From positions 1-55,308 of IMG/VR virus record IMGVR_UViG_3300045988_083838: a stretch of 55,308 nucleotides of DNA; one strand, written 5' to 3'. Positions 35,154 through 44,666 of the stretch are shown here, piece by piece. The position numbers were made by a program, and so were the translations under genes. Below the pieces are notes generated by a model. It did no database searches, had not been told where the DNA came from, and worked only from the letters and a program-made list of their open reading frames with translations. Within the stretch, counting starts at the first letter, position 1. Each line of letters begins with the position of its first letter. Source of the stretch: a virus.

Positions 35154-35943
35154 AAGATTATTAAATCTAATAAATAAAAGCCAGCCGGAGCTTCCGGCTA
35201 ATAAGAAATTTTTATCTGATGTAATGAGTTGTATAGAGCGAATGGAAAAAGATGGTAGAAGGGCTGGAAGTAACTACTATAAACCATCTTCACTGCATTG
35301 TATGAGAAATATGTACTTTACAAGAATGAAAGCCCCACAGGACCCGGAAACAGTAGAATACAACTCCACCGGGATGGCAGACACAGGAACAGCTCGGCAC
35401 GAAGCATTACAGAATGCTTTACTAAATTTGCAAAAACTTGGGTATGATTGGAAATATCTGGATGTTGCTGAATACGTTGAACAGAAGCAAAAATTTGGAA
35501 AGTGTATGTCTTTAGAAGTAAAGGAAAAGCAAGGAGCGGAAACACATCTTATAGATAAAGCATTGAATTTATCTTTTCGATGTGATGGCATTATAAGAAG
35601 GATATCTACAAACGAAGATTATCTGTGGGAGTTTAAGAATGTAGTATCATTCAAATATAATCAGTTGGAAGATCATTGTTTGGAACAGCATCATAATCAA
35701 GTAATTTGTTACTGCACTGTTTTAGATTTGGATAAGGCTTTTGTTATGTACGAAAATAGGGACATTTGCACACTTGAAGTTCCAGAAATATTTGAAGTTA
35801 CACAGGATATGAAGAATTGGTTATGCAATTATATTTCAGAATGTGAAGGGTATGTGGAAAGAATGATTGCACCGCCTAAGACAGAAGATACGAAAAACTG
35901 TAAATGGTGTAAATATAAAACAATATGCAGAAAGGTGGGATAA
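35146..35943 (+). CDS. PD-(D/E)XK exonuclease, Cas4/RecB-like with a 4-Cys cluster
   Basis: An N-terminal Cys (SLHCM) plus C-terminal CKWCKYKTIC. The nuclease core is FRCDGI...WEFKNV. The ATG at 35146 follows gaggag. Confidence 0.7.
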   Translation: MSRRLLNLINKSQPELPANKKFLSDVMSCIERMEKDGRRAGSNYYKPSSLHCMRNMYFTRMKAPQDPETVEYNSTGMADTGTARHEALQNALLNLQKLGYDWKYLDVAEYVEQKQKFGKCMSLEVKEKQGAETHLIDKALNLSFRCDGIIRRISTNEDYLWEFKNVVSFKYNQLEDHCLEQHHNQVICYCTVLDLDKAFVMYENRDICTLEVPEIFEVTQDMKNWLCNYISECEGYVERMIAPPKTEDTKNCKWCKYKTICRKVG

Positions 35944-35946
35944 GTT

Positions 35947-36213
35947 ATGTTTGATTTTAATTTACAAGAGGTCTCAAGTAAATTGGATTTGGATTATGAA
36001 CTAAATAGAGCTGTAGAATATGAAGCACAGCACGGATCAGAATGTTCATATCTTATTATGAGTAAAGAAACTTATAAACTATTTAAGCTGTTTTCCAACT
36101 ATGACAAGGAAACTAATTCATGGGGGTATACAGGTGGTCAACTCTTTGTGCCAGAACGATATTCAGTAGCTATTGACAAATCTATATACTTAGGAGGAAT
36201 TTTGATAGTATGA
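35947..36213 (+). CDS. Hypothetical protein
   Basis: 88-aa ORF, tightly packed. Confidence 0.55.
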   Translation: MFDFNLQEVSSKLDLDYELNRAVEYEAQHGSECSYLIMSKETYKLFKLFSNYDKETNSWGYTGGQLFVPERYSVAIDKSIYLGGILIV

Positions 36214-36674
36214 TTTATGTAGGAATTGACCCAGGAAAAAATGGTGGAATAGCTTATATAAAAGAATCTGGTATATGCCGATGCTTGTTAAAAAATACAT
36301 TTGCATTTGATGAGGAGGGTCTTGTATCTTTATTGAAAAAATTTAATCCGGATGTGTGTGTGTGCTATGTTGAGCAGGTCCATGCAATGCCAAAACAAGG
36401 TGTATCAAGTACATTTAATTTTGGTATGAATTTTGGATTTATTCAAGGTGTGTTGAAAGCGTATGGAATACCTTATGAGCTTGTTACTCCACAGAAGTGG
36501 AAGAAAGAGTTCTCTTGCACTTCGGATAAAAATACATCTATCGAAGTATGCAAGAGATTATTTCCCTATGTAAATCTAAAAGCAACAGATAGATGCAAGA
36601 AAGACCATGATGGAATGGCAGAAGCATTATTGATAGCAGAATATGGAAGGAGACATTATAATGGCAAGTCGTAG
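36210..36674 (+). CDS. RuvC-like Holliday junction resolvase
   Basis: The N-terminus (IYVGIDPGKNGGIAYI) carries the catalytic Asp motif. Later acidic residues occur at HDGMAEAL. Confidence 0.7.
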   Translation: MIYVGIDPGKNGGIAYIKESGICRCLLKNTFAFDEEGLVSLLKKFNPDVCVCYVEQVHAMPKQGVSSTFNFGMNFGFIQGVLKAYGIPYELVTPQKWKKEFSCTSDKNTSIEVCKRLFPYVNLKATDRCKKDHDGMAEALLIAEYGRRHYNGKS

Positions 36675-37191
36675 AGAAGGAAAAACTACAAAATCCATCA
36701 TGAAAAAAGTGGAAAACAATAGCAAGATAATACAGGATATATCAGGTAGTCTAGTAGAAAGCTACTGTAAACCGCTTGACGTTGAGATGGACGTTATAAG
36801 ATTGGAGTTAAAAGATAACAGTGCATTATCTGATGATACGCTGGAAAAGCATATACTGGAGTTGGCGAATATCTTATACTTTACAGGATCAGCACAGGAG
36901 GATCTTGGTATAAAAGAGGATATTTGTAAATCCATAAGACAAGAAGTGTATTCTTTTTATAGGAACGAGGCTAATGGAACAGTTGCAGACAAGACAGCAC
37001 TTGCAGAATTAGCTTGTCAACAAGAGACAATAACTCTTGCTATATACTCAAGAGCTTACAAGAAAGTGAAATTGAGAATGGATGCCGGATATGAGATGCT
37101 TAACAGTTTAAAAAAGATAATGAATAAGCGAATAGCAGAAATGGAGTTATCTAATAGCAGATATATAAATCATAGTGAAAGTGGGATGTAA
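36661..37191 (+). CDS. Hypothetical protein
   Basis: The ATG at 36661 follows aaggaga. Confidence 0.55.
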   Translation: MASRREGKTTKSIMKKVENNSKIIQDISGSLVESYCKPLDVEMDVIRLELKDNSALSDDTLEKHILELANILYFTGSAQEDLGIKEDICKSIRQEVYSFYRNEANGTVADKTALAELACQQETITLAIYSRAYKKVKLRMDAGYEMLNSLKKIMNKRIAEMELSNSRYINHSESGM

Positions 37192-37193
37192 CA

Positions 37194-37325
37194 ATGTTAA
37201 GACATCTTAAATTTTGTTATGTAACTGGTGGAAAATATAATTTTGATTGTCACCTTTATTTAAGTGATATTTCCATTGAAGAATATAAAAATATAGGATG
37301 TACGGTCAAAGTTTTGCACGATTAA
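37194..37325 (+). CDS. Small ORF (43 aa, not in ORF track; doubtful)
   Basis: It fills the 37192-37338 gap but has a weak RBS. Confidence 0.3.
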   Translation: MLRHLKFCYVTGGKYNFDCHLYLSDISIEEYKNIGCTVKVLHD

Positions 37326-37338
37326 GAAAGGAGTAAGA

Positions 37339-37749
37339 ATGGAGAGATTAACAGAAAGCAATCCATCATGGATAGATGATGAATTATGGGAAAGTGCTTG
37401 TGAGCCAGACTGTGAAGAAATAGACGCAGTATATCGAAAGCTAAAAGATTATGAAGACTTAGAGGAACATGGCAGACTTATTAAGTTGCCTTGCAAGGTG
37501 GGAGATACAGTATGGAATAATGACGATGGCAGACCTTGTGCATATACAATAACAGCCTTTTCATTTGGTGAATGTGAAGAATACATTTGTGAACCTGTTA
37601 CAACAAAAGAAGTCGTATTCTATTATGCAAAATCGAGTGGAAGTATCACAGGAAGTTTTGCAGAAAGTGCAATCGGTGAGTCGGTATTCTTGAACAAATC
37701 CGAAGCAGAAGCAAAATTGAAAGAATTGAGAGGTGGAGAAGATGACTAA
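37339..37749 (+). CDS. Hypothetical protein
   Basis: 136 aa, RBS aaaggag. Confidence 0.6.
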   Translation: MERLTESNPSWIDDELWESACEPDCEEIDAVYRKLKDYEDLEEHGRLIKLPCKVGDTVWNNDDGRPCAYTITAFSFGECEEYICEPVTTKEVVFYYAKSSGSITGSFAESAIGESVFLNKSEAEAKLKELRGGEDD

Positions 37750-38008
37750 GATATTAAATAAATGTCCTATATGCGGCGGAAGATTAGAATACTCTATGTT
37801 AATGCAATTTACTAGAGATTATCAAATCAAATTAAATGGTAGATTATCCAAAAACTCAAAAAATAGCGATGTAGCACCTATGGAATGTGGGTTCATAAGC
37901 TGTACAGATTGCGATTTCCATACTAATTGCGATTTGGAATGTGAGGAAAATCATAATATAAAAATATATCAAGAGGATGGAGTGTATATGTACGATGATA
38001 AAAGATAG
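37742..38008 (+). CDS. Zinc-ribbon protein
   Basis: CPICGG...CTDCDF. I prefer the ATG at 37742, which follows gaggtgga. Confidence 0.55.
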   Translation: MTKILNKCPICGGRLEYSMLMQFTRDYQIKLNGRLSKNSKNSDVAPMECGFISCTDCDFHTNCDLECEENHNIKIYQEDGVYMYDDKR

Positions 38009-38402
38009 GTATTTATTCAAGGCAAAAACTTATAGAGGAGATTGGGTTCGAGGGCTTTTGGCAAGTAGTAAGGGTAAGTGCTATATCTGTAACAGAGATG
38101 GTAGACCTTTTGCTTTTGAAATTCAACCGGACACAATCTGCCAATGCACCGGCTTAAAAGACAAGAACGGCAAGCTGATTTGGGAGAATGATGTTGTAAA
38201 ATTTGATGTATATTATTATGAGAACTTAGCAAGTAGTATAATATCACAAATTATGTGGTGCAACGATTTATGTGCGTTAAGTCTTGTAGTAAATGACAGA
38301 GGAACTAGAGGCACATTAGGTCATCTAATGGATTTAAACAAAGAAATCGAAGTAATCGGTAACAAATTTGACAATCCAGAGTTATTAGAAAGTGAGGAAT
38401 AA
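37977..38402 (+). CDS. YopX-like protein
   Basis: YLFKAKTYRGDWVRG...CQCTGLKDKNGKLIWENDVV is the YopX family pattern. An alternative start is at 37995. Confidence 0.65.
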   Translation: MECICTMIKDRYLFKAKTYRGDWVRGLLASSKGKCYICNRDGRPFAFEIQPDTICQCTGLKDKNGKLIWENDVVKFDVYYYENLASSIISQIMWCNDLCALSLVVNDRGTRGTLGHLMDLNKEIEVIGNKFDNPELLESEE

Positions 38403-38403
38403 T

Positions 38404-38700
38404 ATGACAGAGCGTGAGGCTATAGAAAAGCTGAAAAATATGAGATTGTTTATGCAGATTATGGACAAGGATAGCGAACATAAATTTGTAGAAGATGATT
38501 ATAAAGCAAACGAAATGGCAATACATGCACTTGGAAAGCAGATACAATTAAAAGTGTTACATTCATACGATGATTCCATTGATGACGATTGGTGTTCTTG
38601 CCCGATTTGCTGTTCCGGATTAGGCTGGTATCATGGAAAACATTATAAATATTGTATGAATTGTGGTCAAAAGTTAGATTGGGAGGATGATTATGAGTAA
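38404..38700 (+). CDS. Zinc-ribbon protein
   Basis: CPICCSG...CMNCGQ. The ATG at 38404 follows gtgagga. Confidence 0.55.
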   Translation: MTEREAIEKLKNMRLFMQIMDKDSEHKFVEDDYKANEMAIHALGKQIQLKVLHSYDDSIDDDWCSCPICCSGLGWYHGKHYKYCMNCGQKLDWEDDYE

Positions 38701-39712
38701 TCTTGATTTAATTATAAAAGATTTGAACAAAAAAATGAAAGTAGGAAATATTCAGCTAGGTGTGGATTTCCAAGAAGTGCAGAAGATTCCTTTTTCCTCA
38801 TGTAGATTAAACTATATGACATACGGAGGTATTCCAGTTGGAAGAATAGCAGAATTTTATGGGGCAGATGGAAGTGGAAAGACCACTACTGCTATTGATG
38901 TAGCAGGAAATGCCCAAAGAATGTTTCCAGATAAGAACGTGCTATTTGTAGATATTGAGCATACCTTTGATTCATGCTGGGCAACTAAGCTGGGGTTGAA
39001 TTGTGACGATATAATCTACCTTGACCCGGATAGTATGGGGGCAGAAGGAGTATTTAATCTAATGATAGAATTGATTGATACAGGAGAAATAAGCCTTTGT
39101 ATTTTAGATTCTATAGGTGCTATGGTATCAATGCAGGCAAACGAAAAGCAGATAGGGGAAAGAACCTATGGTGGAGTAAGTATGGCACTAACTGAATTTA
39201 GCAAGAAAATAACTCCAGTTCTTGCAAGAACACAAACTGCCTTTATAGGAATAAATCAAGTCCGAGATGATATGAATAGTATGTATGGCGGAACAACAAC
39301 GACAGGGGGAAGAGCATGGCGGCATAGCTGTAGTACAAGACTTGAATTTAGAAAAGGTAACTATATTGATGAAAAAGGTAATAATCTTTCAAGAGCTTGT
39401 GAGAACCCAGCAGGAAATATAGTCAATGTAGCATTAGTGAAATCTAAAGTATGTCGACCGGATAGAAAAGTAGGTTTCTACACTTTGAAATATCTTGAAG
39501 GGATTGACTATGTATCAGATGCGGTAGACGTTGCTATCAAGATGGGATTGGTTATACAAGGCGGAGCATGGTTCTCTTTAGTTGATACAGAAACAGGTGA
39601 AATATTAAGCAAGTATCAAGGTAAATCAAAGTTAGTTGAATATCTAAAGGAAAATGATAACTATACAGATTTCTATTCAAAACTGGAGAAATTATTAAAT
39701 GAAGAATCTTAG
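38693..39712 (+). CDS. recA: RecA-family recombinase
   Basis: YGGIPVGRIAEFYGADGSGKTTTAID (Walker A), LCILDSIGAM (Walker B), INQVRD. Confidence 0.85.
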   Translation: MSNLDLIIKDLNKKMKVGNIQLGVDFQEVQKIPFSSCRLNYMTYGGIPVGRIAEFYGADGSGKTTTAIDVAGNAQRMFPDKNVLFVDIEHTFDSCWATKLGLNCDDIIYLDPDSMGAEGVFNLMIELIDTGEISLCILDSIGAMVSMQANEKQIGERTYGGVSMALTEFSKKITPVLARTQTAFIGINQVRDDMNSMYGGTTTTGGRAWRHSCSTRLEFRKGNYIDEKGNNLSRACENPAGNIVNVALVKSKVCRPDRKVGFYTLKYLEGIDYVSDAVDVAIKMGLVIQGGAWFSLVDTETGEILSKYQGKSKLVEYLKENDNYTDFYSKLEKLLNEES

Positions 39713-39754
39713 TTATCAACAAGTTATCCACATTAAATTGTGGATAACTTTTTT
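39713..39754 (+). terminator. Terminator hairpin built from DnaA boxes
   Basis: TTATCAACA (39713-39721), TTATCCACA (39724-39732) and TGTGGATAA (39739-39747). The last two form a 12-bp stem (aagttatccaca / tgtggataactt) followed by a T-run. Confidence 0.8.
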
Positions 39755-39760
39755 ATTTAT

Positions 39761-39816
39761 TTTTCAAAAATCACTTGCATTTTACCTTTTTATGTGTTAC
39801 AATATATACATAATAA
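39761..39816 (+). promoter_or_regulatory. Conserved 56-nt promoter cassette, copy B
   Basis: Identical to 24132-24187, with -35 TTGCAT at 39775-39780 and -10 TACAAT at 39798-39803. Confidence 0.85.
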
Positions 39817-39843
39817 GAAATACGTAAAAGGAGGATACATATT

Positions 39844-40236
39844 ATGACAAAAAGCAGATATAGATATTATCAACCAAATAAAAAAGATTTAAAAGACGAA
39901 TATGGTGATTGCGTTATTCGTGCATTGACAAAAGTTGTTGGAAAGGAATGGCTGGAGGTGTTTGAAGAGTTATTACCTTATGCCCGAGAATTACAATGTA
40001 TGCCTAATGGAAAGGCTTGTTATGAAAAGTATTTAATCTCAAATAATTTTGTGTATCATGGAATAAGTAATAAAAAAGGCTCAAAGCGACCAACTGTAGA
40101 TAGTTTTACAAAGGAACATAAAGAAGGAACGTATCTATTAAGAGTAGCACAGCATTGTGTAGCTGTTGTGGATGGAATTTACTATGATACTTGGGATTCT
40201 GGTGATTGTTGCCTTTATGGTTATTGGGAAAAATAA
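39844..40236 (+). CDS. Papain-fold / C39-like cysteine peptidase (candidate)
   Basis: A possible Cys-His-Asp arrangement: YGDCVIRAL...AQHCVAVVDGIYYDTWDS. Confidence 0.4.
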   Translation: MTKSRYRYYQPNKKDLKDEYGDCVIRALTKVVGKEWLEVFEELLPYARELQCMPNGKACYEKYLISNNFVYHGISNKKGSKRPTVDSFTKEHKEGTYLLRVAQHCVAVVDGIYYDTWDSGDCCLYGYWEK

Positions 40237-40246
40237 GGAGTAAGCA

Positions 40247-40780
40247 ATGAAAGAAATATTTAAACAAATACATAGATACAACGAACAAGATTTTGAAGAA
40301 GGTAAGCCGTTTGAGTTTACCCTGGACGGAAAAAGAAAAGAAGATAATACCGATTGGTTATGTCCACCAGTTAAGAAAATGGAAGTAGGAAAGTCATATA
40401 AAATCACTGTTAAGAAATATATGACAGAACCTGCTACAGCCAATTTTGATTTTCAAGATAAATGGAATAATGGAAAGCCTATGCCACTTTGCATAATGCA
40501 AGGTGAAGTTATAAAAGAAACAAGAGGAATGTATTATATGAATTTACAGGGTAAAGCAGAACCTATAGCAAGATGTCTTGTATGTGGAAAACCATTAACT
40601 AATCCAGTATCTAAATTATACGGTATAGGTCCAGAATGTTCTGAAAAAGTTGGTATTATAAGAATAGAAAGTGAGGATGAAGCTAGAGAAAAGCGGAATG
40701 AACTTGTTCAGCAGATTGGAAATATCAAATGGGAAGGCTGGGTAATCAAATCAGCAATAAAAGAATGGGAGGAAATATAA
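40247..40780 (+). CDS. Hypothetical protein with a DUF6011-like zinc ribbon
   Basis: CLVCGKPLTNPVSKLYGIGPEC. Confidence 0.6.
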   Translation: MKEIFKQIHRYNEQDFEEGKPFEFTLDGKRKEDNTDWLCPPVKKMEVGKSYKITVKKYMTEPATANFDFQDKWNNGKPMPLCIMQGEVIKETRGMYYMNLQGKAEPIARCLVCGKPLTNPVSKLYGIGPECSEKVGIIRIESEDEAREKRNELVQQIGNIKWEGWVIKSAIKEWEEI

Positions 40781-40781
40781 C

Positions 40782-40988
40782 ATGAAAACAGTAAAAGGTA
40801 AAAAGTATAAGGTAAAGATTGATCCTTGTAAATTTTTTAAACCCGGGGATATAGTGATTGCACTGGAGGAGGATCGTGTTCCGTTTTGTGTGTTGGAGAA
40901 AGATTATGAACCGCCTTTTAAAAATGTTGGTCACTATTTACCATCACAGTGGAATGCAATAAAAGCTATTTATTTAGAGGAGGTTTAG
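40782..40988 (+). CDS. Hypothetical protein
   Basis: 68-aa ORF, tightly packed. Confidence 0.5.
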   Translation: MKTVKGKKYKVKIDPCKFFKPGDIVIALEEDRVPFCVLEKDYEPPFKNVGHYLPSQWNAIKAIYLEEV

Positions 40989-40991
40989 ATT

Positions 40992-41213
40992 ATGAAAAGA
41001 GAAGAATGTGAAGCTAAAATTTTAGAAAAGTTAAAAGAAATAAGAGAAATAGTAAAAGAGTACGATGATAGTAATGAAGGTCATTTGAGCATGATGATTA
41101 GTAACCATGAAGATTATATTTCGGCGTGGAATGGTTCTTCTATATCTGGAAAGTTGAAGACCGCAATAAACTTTACGGTGATAGATGGAGAGGTTGAACA
41201 TTATGGCAACTAG
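40992..41213 (+). CDS. Hypothetical protein
   Basis: 73 aa, RBS gaggagg. Confidence 0.55.
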   Translation: MKREECEAKILEKLKEIREIVKEYDDSNEGHLSMMISNHEDYISAWNGSSISGKLKTAINFTVIDGEVEHYGN

Positions 41214-41532
41214 ATATTTTTCTGATAAACAGGAAAAGCATATTGCAAAAGTAACAGGAGGAAAAGTACAAAGCAATTCCGGGGGAACAAAATTTGGGGG
41301 AGGGGATGTTCATACAAAAAAATTCTTTATAGAAGCAAAAACACCAACTATGTGCAGGGAAACTTTTACAATTAAAAAGGATTGGATGTACAAGATGAAG
41401 GAGCAGATGTTTGAACAAGGAAAAGAATGCTGTGCATTGGCTTTTACCTTTGACCCGGATAAGCAGGAAAATTTTTATGTTATTCCAGAAAAGGAGTTTT
41501 TAGAGTATTTAAGATTTAAGGAGGATGTATAA
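41203..41532 (+). CDS. PD-(D/E)XK nuclease, Holliday-junction-resolvase-like (candidate)
   Basis: GGDVHTKKFFIEAKT has the D...E-x-K arrangement, and an upstream Glu lies in KQEKHIAK. Confidence 0.5.
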   Translation: MATRYFSDKQEKHIAKVTGGKVQSNSGGTKFGGGDVHTKKFFIEAKTPTMCRETFTIKKDWMYKMKEQMFEQGKECCALAFTFDPDKQENFYVIPEKEFLEYLRFKEDV

Positions 41533-41936
41533 TGAATAATGCTGAAAAATTTTGGGATACTTTTTTGAAAAAACGATTATGTGAGGAAGGTGGATTTGGT
41601 GTATGTGAGTATAAAAATGCTCCTATGCCTTGTGATGAGTTGTACTGTAACCGTTGTATATTCGGACGTGCTACAGAGGAATGCCAGGTGGGTAGATCTA
41701 GATGGTTAGACTCAGAATTTAAGGAATATGTTAATTGGGAGACTGTATTACGAGACACAAAAGTTCTTTTTAAAGATTTGGAAAATGATACATGGGAGAA
41801 AGGATATTTTGATGAATACAATAAATATAAAGATACTATTTTTATCTTTGCAGATGGCAGAACATCCTACACAGCTAAAAATAGTATAGCTTATGATCCG
41901 AAGTATGTAAAATTATATAAAGAGGAGGATGAATAA
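41532..41936 (+). CDS. Hypothetical Cys-containing protein
   Basis: 134-aa ORF whose start overlaps the upstream stop. Confidence 0.55.
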   Translation: MNNAEKFWDTFLKKRLCEEGGFGVCEYKNAPMPCDELYCNRCIFGRATEECQVGRSRWLDSEFKEYVNWETVLRDTKVLFKDLENDTWEKGYFDEYNKYKDTIFIFADGRTSYTAKNSIAYDPKYVKLYKEEDE

Positions 41937-42991
41937 TGGCAAAGGAATCGTTGGCAGTAAAATATCGACCAAAATCATTTGATGATATGACAGAACAGAC
42001 AGCAATCAAAGAAATTTTAGAAAATCAGATTAGAACAAAGACATTTCAGCACGGATATCTTTTTACTGGACCTGCCGGAACAGGAAAGACAACATCAGCT
42101 AGAATCTTTGCAAATATGATAAATGATGGAAAAGGAAATCCTATTGAAGTAGATGCCGCAAGTAATAGCGGTGTAGATAATATCAGACAAATTATAGAAG
42201 ATGCTAAAAGAAAACCACTTGATGCAGAATACAAGATATTCATAGTGGACGAGTGTCATTCATTATCAAATGGGGCATGGCAAGCATTATTAAAGACACT
42301 TGAAGAGCCGCCAAAATTTACAATTTTTATTTTCTGTACAACGGATCCGCAGAAAATTCCGGCAACTATACTTTCTAGAGTGCAAAGATACAATTTTCAG
42401 AAAATAAGTAATGAAGGTATCGTGGAAAGATTAGAGCATATTTGCTTAACTGAAAATTCTCAAGATGTGAATGATCCAAATTTAATGGATATTGGAGATA
42501 TAATAAGATATCCGGAAGCATTAGAATATATAGCGAAAGTTTGTAATGGGGGTATGAGAGATGCTATTACCTTATTAGATAAATGCCTTTCATTATCCCA
42601 CGATTTAACATTAGAAAATGTTCTAAAAACGATTGGTACAGAAGATTACAGCACATTTATAACATTTTTATCTGCATTAGAAGAAAAGGAAAAAGAGCTT
42701 TCAATTAAAGTAGTTGAAGATGTATATAATGCTGGCAAAGATGTAAAGCAGTTTATGAAAGATTTTGCAAAGTTCATTCTTGAAGTGGAAAAGTATGCTT
42801 TATATAAGAATTTTGATTATATTAGCTTACCTAATACACTTGAGAATGAATTGGAACAGCTTATTGATGATAGTTTATTTGATGTCATGGACTTTGTAGT
42901 TTCTTTGAATAATCAGATTAAATGGGATAACGACCCAAAGACATTGATTGAATTATCTATCTTGATTTATTGTGGAAAGAATGAGGATTAA
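41936..42991 (+). CDS. dnaX: Clamp loader large subunit (DnaX gamma/tau-like AAA+)
   Basis: KYRPKSFDDMTEQ, LFTGPAGTGKTT, IFIVDECHSLS, SRVQRY. Confidence 0.85.
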   Translation: MAKESLAVKYRPKSFDDMTEQTAIKEILENQIRTKTFQHGYLFTGPAGTGKTTSARIFANMINDGKGNPIEVDAASNSGVDNIRQIIEDAKRKPLDAEYKIFIVDECHSLSNGAWQALLKTLEEPPKFTIFIFCTTDPQKIPATILSRVQRYNFQKISNEGIVERLEHICLTENSQDVNDPNLMDIGDIIRYPEALEYIAKVCNGGMRDAITLLDKCLSLSHDLTLENVLKTIGTEDYSTFITFLSALEEKEKELSIKVVEDVYNAGKDVKQFMKDFAKFILEVEKYALYKNFDYISLPNTLENELEQLIDDSLFDVMDFVVSLNNQIKWDNDPKTLIELSILIYCGKNED

Positions 42992-42995
42992 ATAT

Positions 42996-43217
42996 ATGAA
43001 TAATATAAAAGTAACACAGCTATCTATAGAAGAAGTTAAGAAAAAAATTTTTGATAAGGATATTGAGGGTGTGTATATATTGGCAGATGAAGACGATGGC
43101 TTAAATTTGCGTGTAATAAAGTATAGCAGGCTGGATAATATCATAAGACGAACATCAGATGGTTCAGCTTTTTTAAAGATTGAGGTGATTAAAAATGATG
43201 ATAGGACAGAAGAATAA
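42996..43217 (+). CDS. Hypothetical protein
   Basis: I prefer the ATG at 42996 after tgagga. Confidence 0.5.
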   Translation: MNNIKVTQLSIEEVKKKIFDKDIEGVYILADEDDGLNLRVIKYSRLDNIIRRTSDGSAFLKIEVIKNDDRTEE

Positions 43218-43986
43218 TATAAATACTATTATTAAATGGCGATGTAATAAGTCTGTTCCAAGATTTATCATTCTTTCCGGTAGTGAAGGATCTGGAAGAT
43301 TGACCTTTGCAAAGATAATTATAAAAATGATAAATGCACACGGAGTAATTATTGGGAATAGTATAGATGATGTACGAAAAACTATAGAAAATGCTTACAT
43401 GATTACTGAGCATACTTGTTATATTTTTAGAAATGCTGATGATATGTCAACAGCGGCTAAGAACGCACTTCTTAAAGTGGTAGAAGAACCTCCAAACAAC
43501 GCTTATTTTATAATGACCGTTCAAAATGTGGATAATATGCTGGGGACGATTAAGAGCAGGGGGACAGTTATTAAAATGGAACCTTATTCTAAACAGGAGT
43601 TAGAAAGTGTTTGTGAAGATGAATTTATATTGAAATTTGCAAGTACGATAGCAGAGGCACAAAGAGATAGAAAAGAATTAGAAAGAACTGAGCAATGTGC
43701 CCTTGATGTTATAGATGGAATGAAAGCTAAAAGTGGCACAAAGGTTTTAAAAGCAACAACACAGCTAAAATCAAAAGCTAATGAAACAGATAAGATCGAC
43801 TGTATATTGTTTATGCTAATGTTCAAAGCAGAGCTTTTACATCATCCAGAATTGTATACACAGAATAGCTTGAAATATTTAGTAAAATGCACACGAGAGA
43901 TACAAAGGTCAAGCCTAAATAAAAAAGCAAGTATTGAATGTATGCTGATATCATTATTAGACGAGGTGAAAAATGAAGATAATTGA
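43195..43986 (+). CDS. Clamp loader delta-prime-like subunit (candidate)
   Basis: FIILSGSEGSGRLTFA, LLKVVEEPP, IKSRG. Confidence 0.65.
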   Translation: MMIGQKNNINTIIKWRCNKSVPRFIILSGSEGSGRLTFAKIIIKMINAHGVIIGNSIDDVRKTIENAYMITEHTCYIFRNADDMSTAAKNALLKVVEEPPNNAYFIMTVQNVDNMLGTIKSRGTVIKMEPYSKQELESVCEDEFILKFASTIAEAQRDRKELERTEQCALDVIDGMKAKSGTKVLKATTQLKSKANETDKIDCILFMLMFKAELLHHPELYTQNSLKYLVKCTREIQRSSLNKKASIECMLISLLDEVKNEDN

Positions 43987-44188
43987 TGAAATCATTGGGC
44001 AATTAGAAGAAAGCATGAAAAATCCATTAAGCTGTGACAATGGAAGATTTGATAGATGTCCTTATATTGGTCAAGGCAATATGACTTGCTATATGTGTGT
44101 GATTGAATCGAACATTGATATGGTAAAAAAGATAGGTGAAAAATATGCAGATATTTCCAAGACGATGGAAGCTAAAGACAAAAATTGA
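43973..44188 (+). CDS. Small Cys-containing protein
   Basis: 71-aa ORF carrying CDNGRFDRCP...CYMC. Confidence 0.5.
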   Translation: MKIIDEIIGQLEESMKNPLSCDNGRFDRCPYIGQGNMTCYMCVIESNIDMVKKIGEKYADISKTMEAKDKN

Positions 44189-44483
44189 GTATCTACAGCG
44201 TAAAATCATACTAAATAGTATAGCTTACTATGAGTTGAATACCAATAAACTCACTGATAAGCAGTATGACGAGCTTAGTAGACAACTAGCTGCTATGCAG
44301 GTAGAATATCCGAATATAATGGATACTCAATATGGTTATGTATTTTATGATTTTGATGGGTCAACTGGGTTTGATCTATATCACAGGCTTAATGAACATG
44401 ACAAGAAGTATCTGCATAATATAGCTTGTCATGTTTGTGGAAATAAGAATATAAAAAAGAAAAAGAAAGGTGGTTTATTTTAA
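44145..44483 (+). CDS. Stand-alone NAD-dependent DNA ligase domain-Ia-like protein
   Basis: IAYYELNTNKLTDKQYDELSRQLAAMQVEYPNI matches the LigA N-terminal pattern (h..YY..d.p.isD.eYD.L...L..lE..fP). No adenylation domain follows. Confidence 0.5.
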   Translation: MQIFPRRWKLKTKIEYLQRKIILNSIAYYELNTNKLTDKQYDELSRQLAAMQVEYPNIMDTQYGYVFYDFDGSTGFDLYHRLNEHDKKYLHNIACHVCGNKNIKKKKKGGLF

Positions 44484-44662
44484 TGAGAGCTATGTCTGAC
44501 GAAGTAAAGGCACAAAAAAGATTCCGTAAAGAATGGGATGAGGTGTGTACAATGATACGACTAAACAGTACAAAAGAATGGAGAGAAAAAGTGTATCTTG
44601 TTCCAAAATCAGTTGAATACACTGGAATTGACTATGAAAAAAGATACAGTAAGAGGAGTTGA
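44483..44662 (+). CDS. Small hypothetical protein (59 aa, not in ORF track)
   Basis: The ATG overlaps the upstream stop (TAATG). It ends 4 nt before the next start and contains that gene's RBS. Confidence 0.5.
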   Translation: MRAMSDEVKAQKRFRKEWDEVCTMIRLNSTKEWREKVYLVPKSVEYTGIDYEKRYSKRS

Positions 44663-44666
44663 TTAA

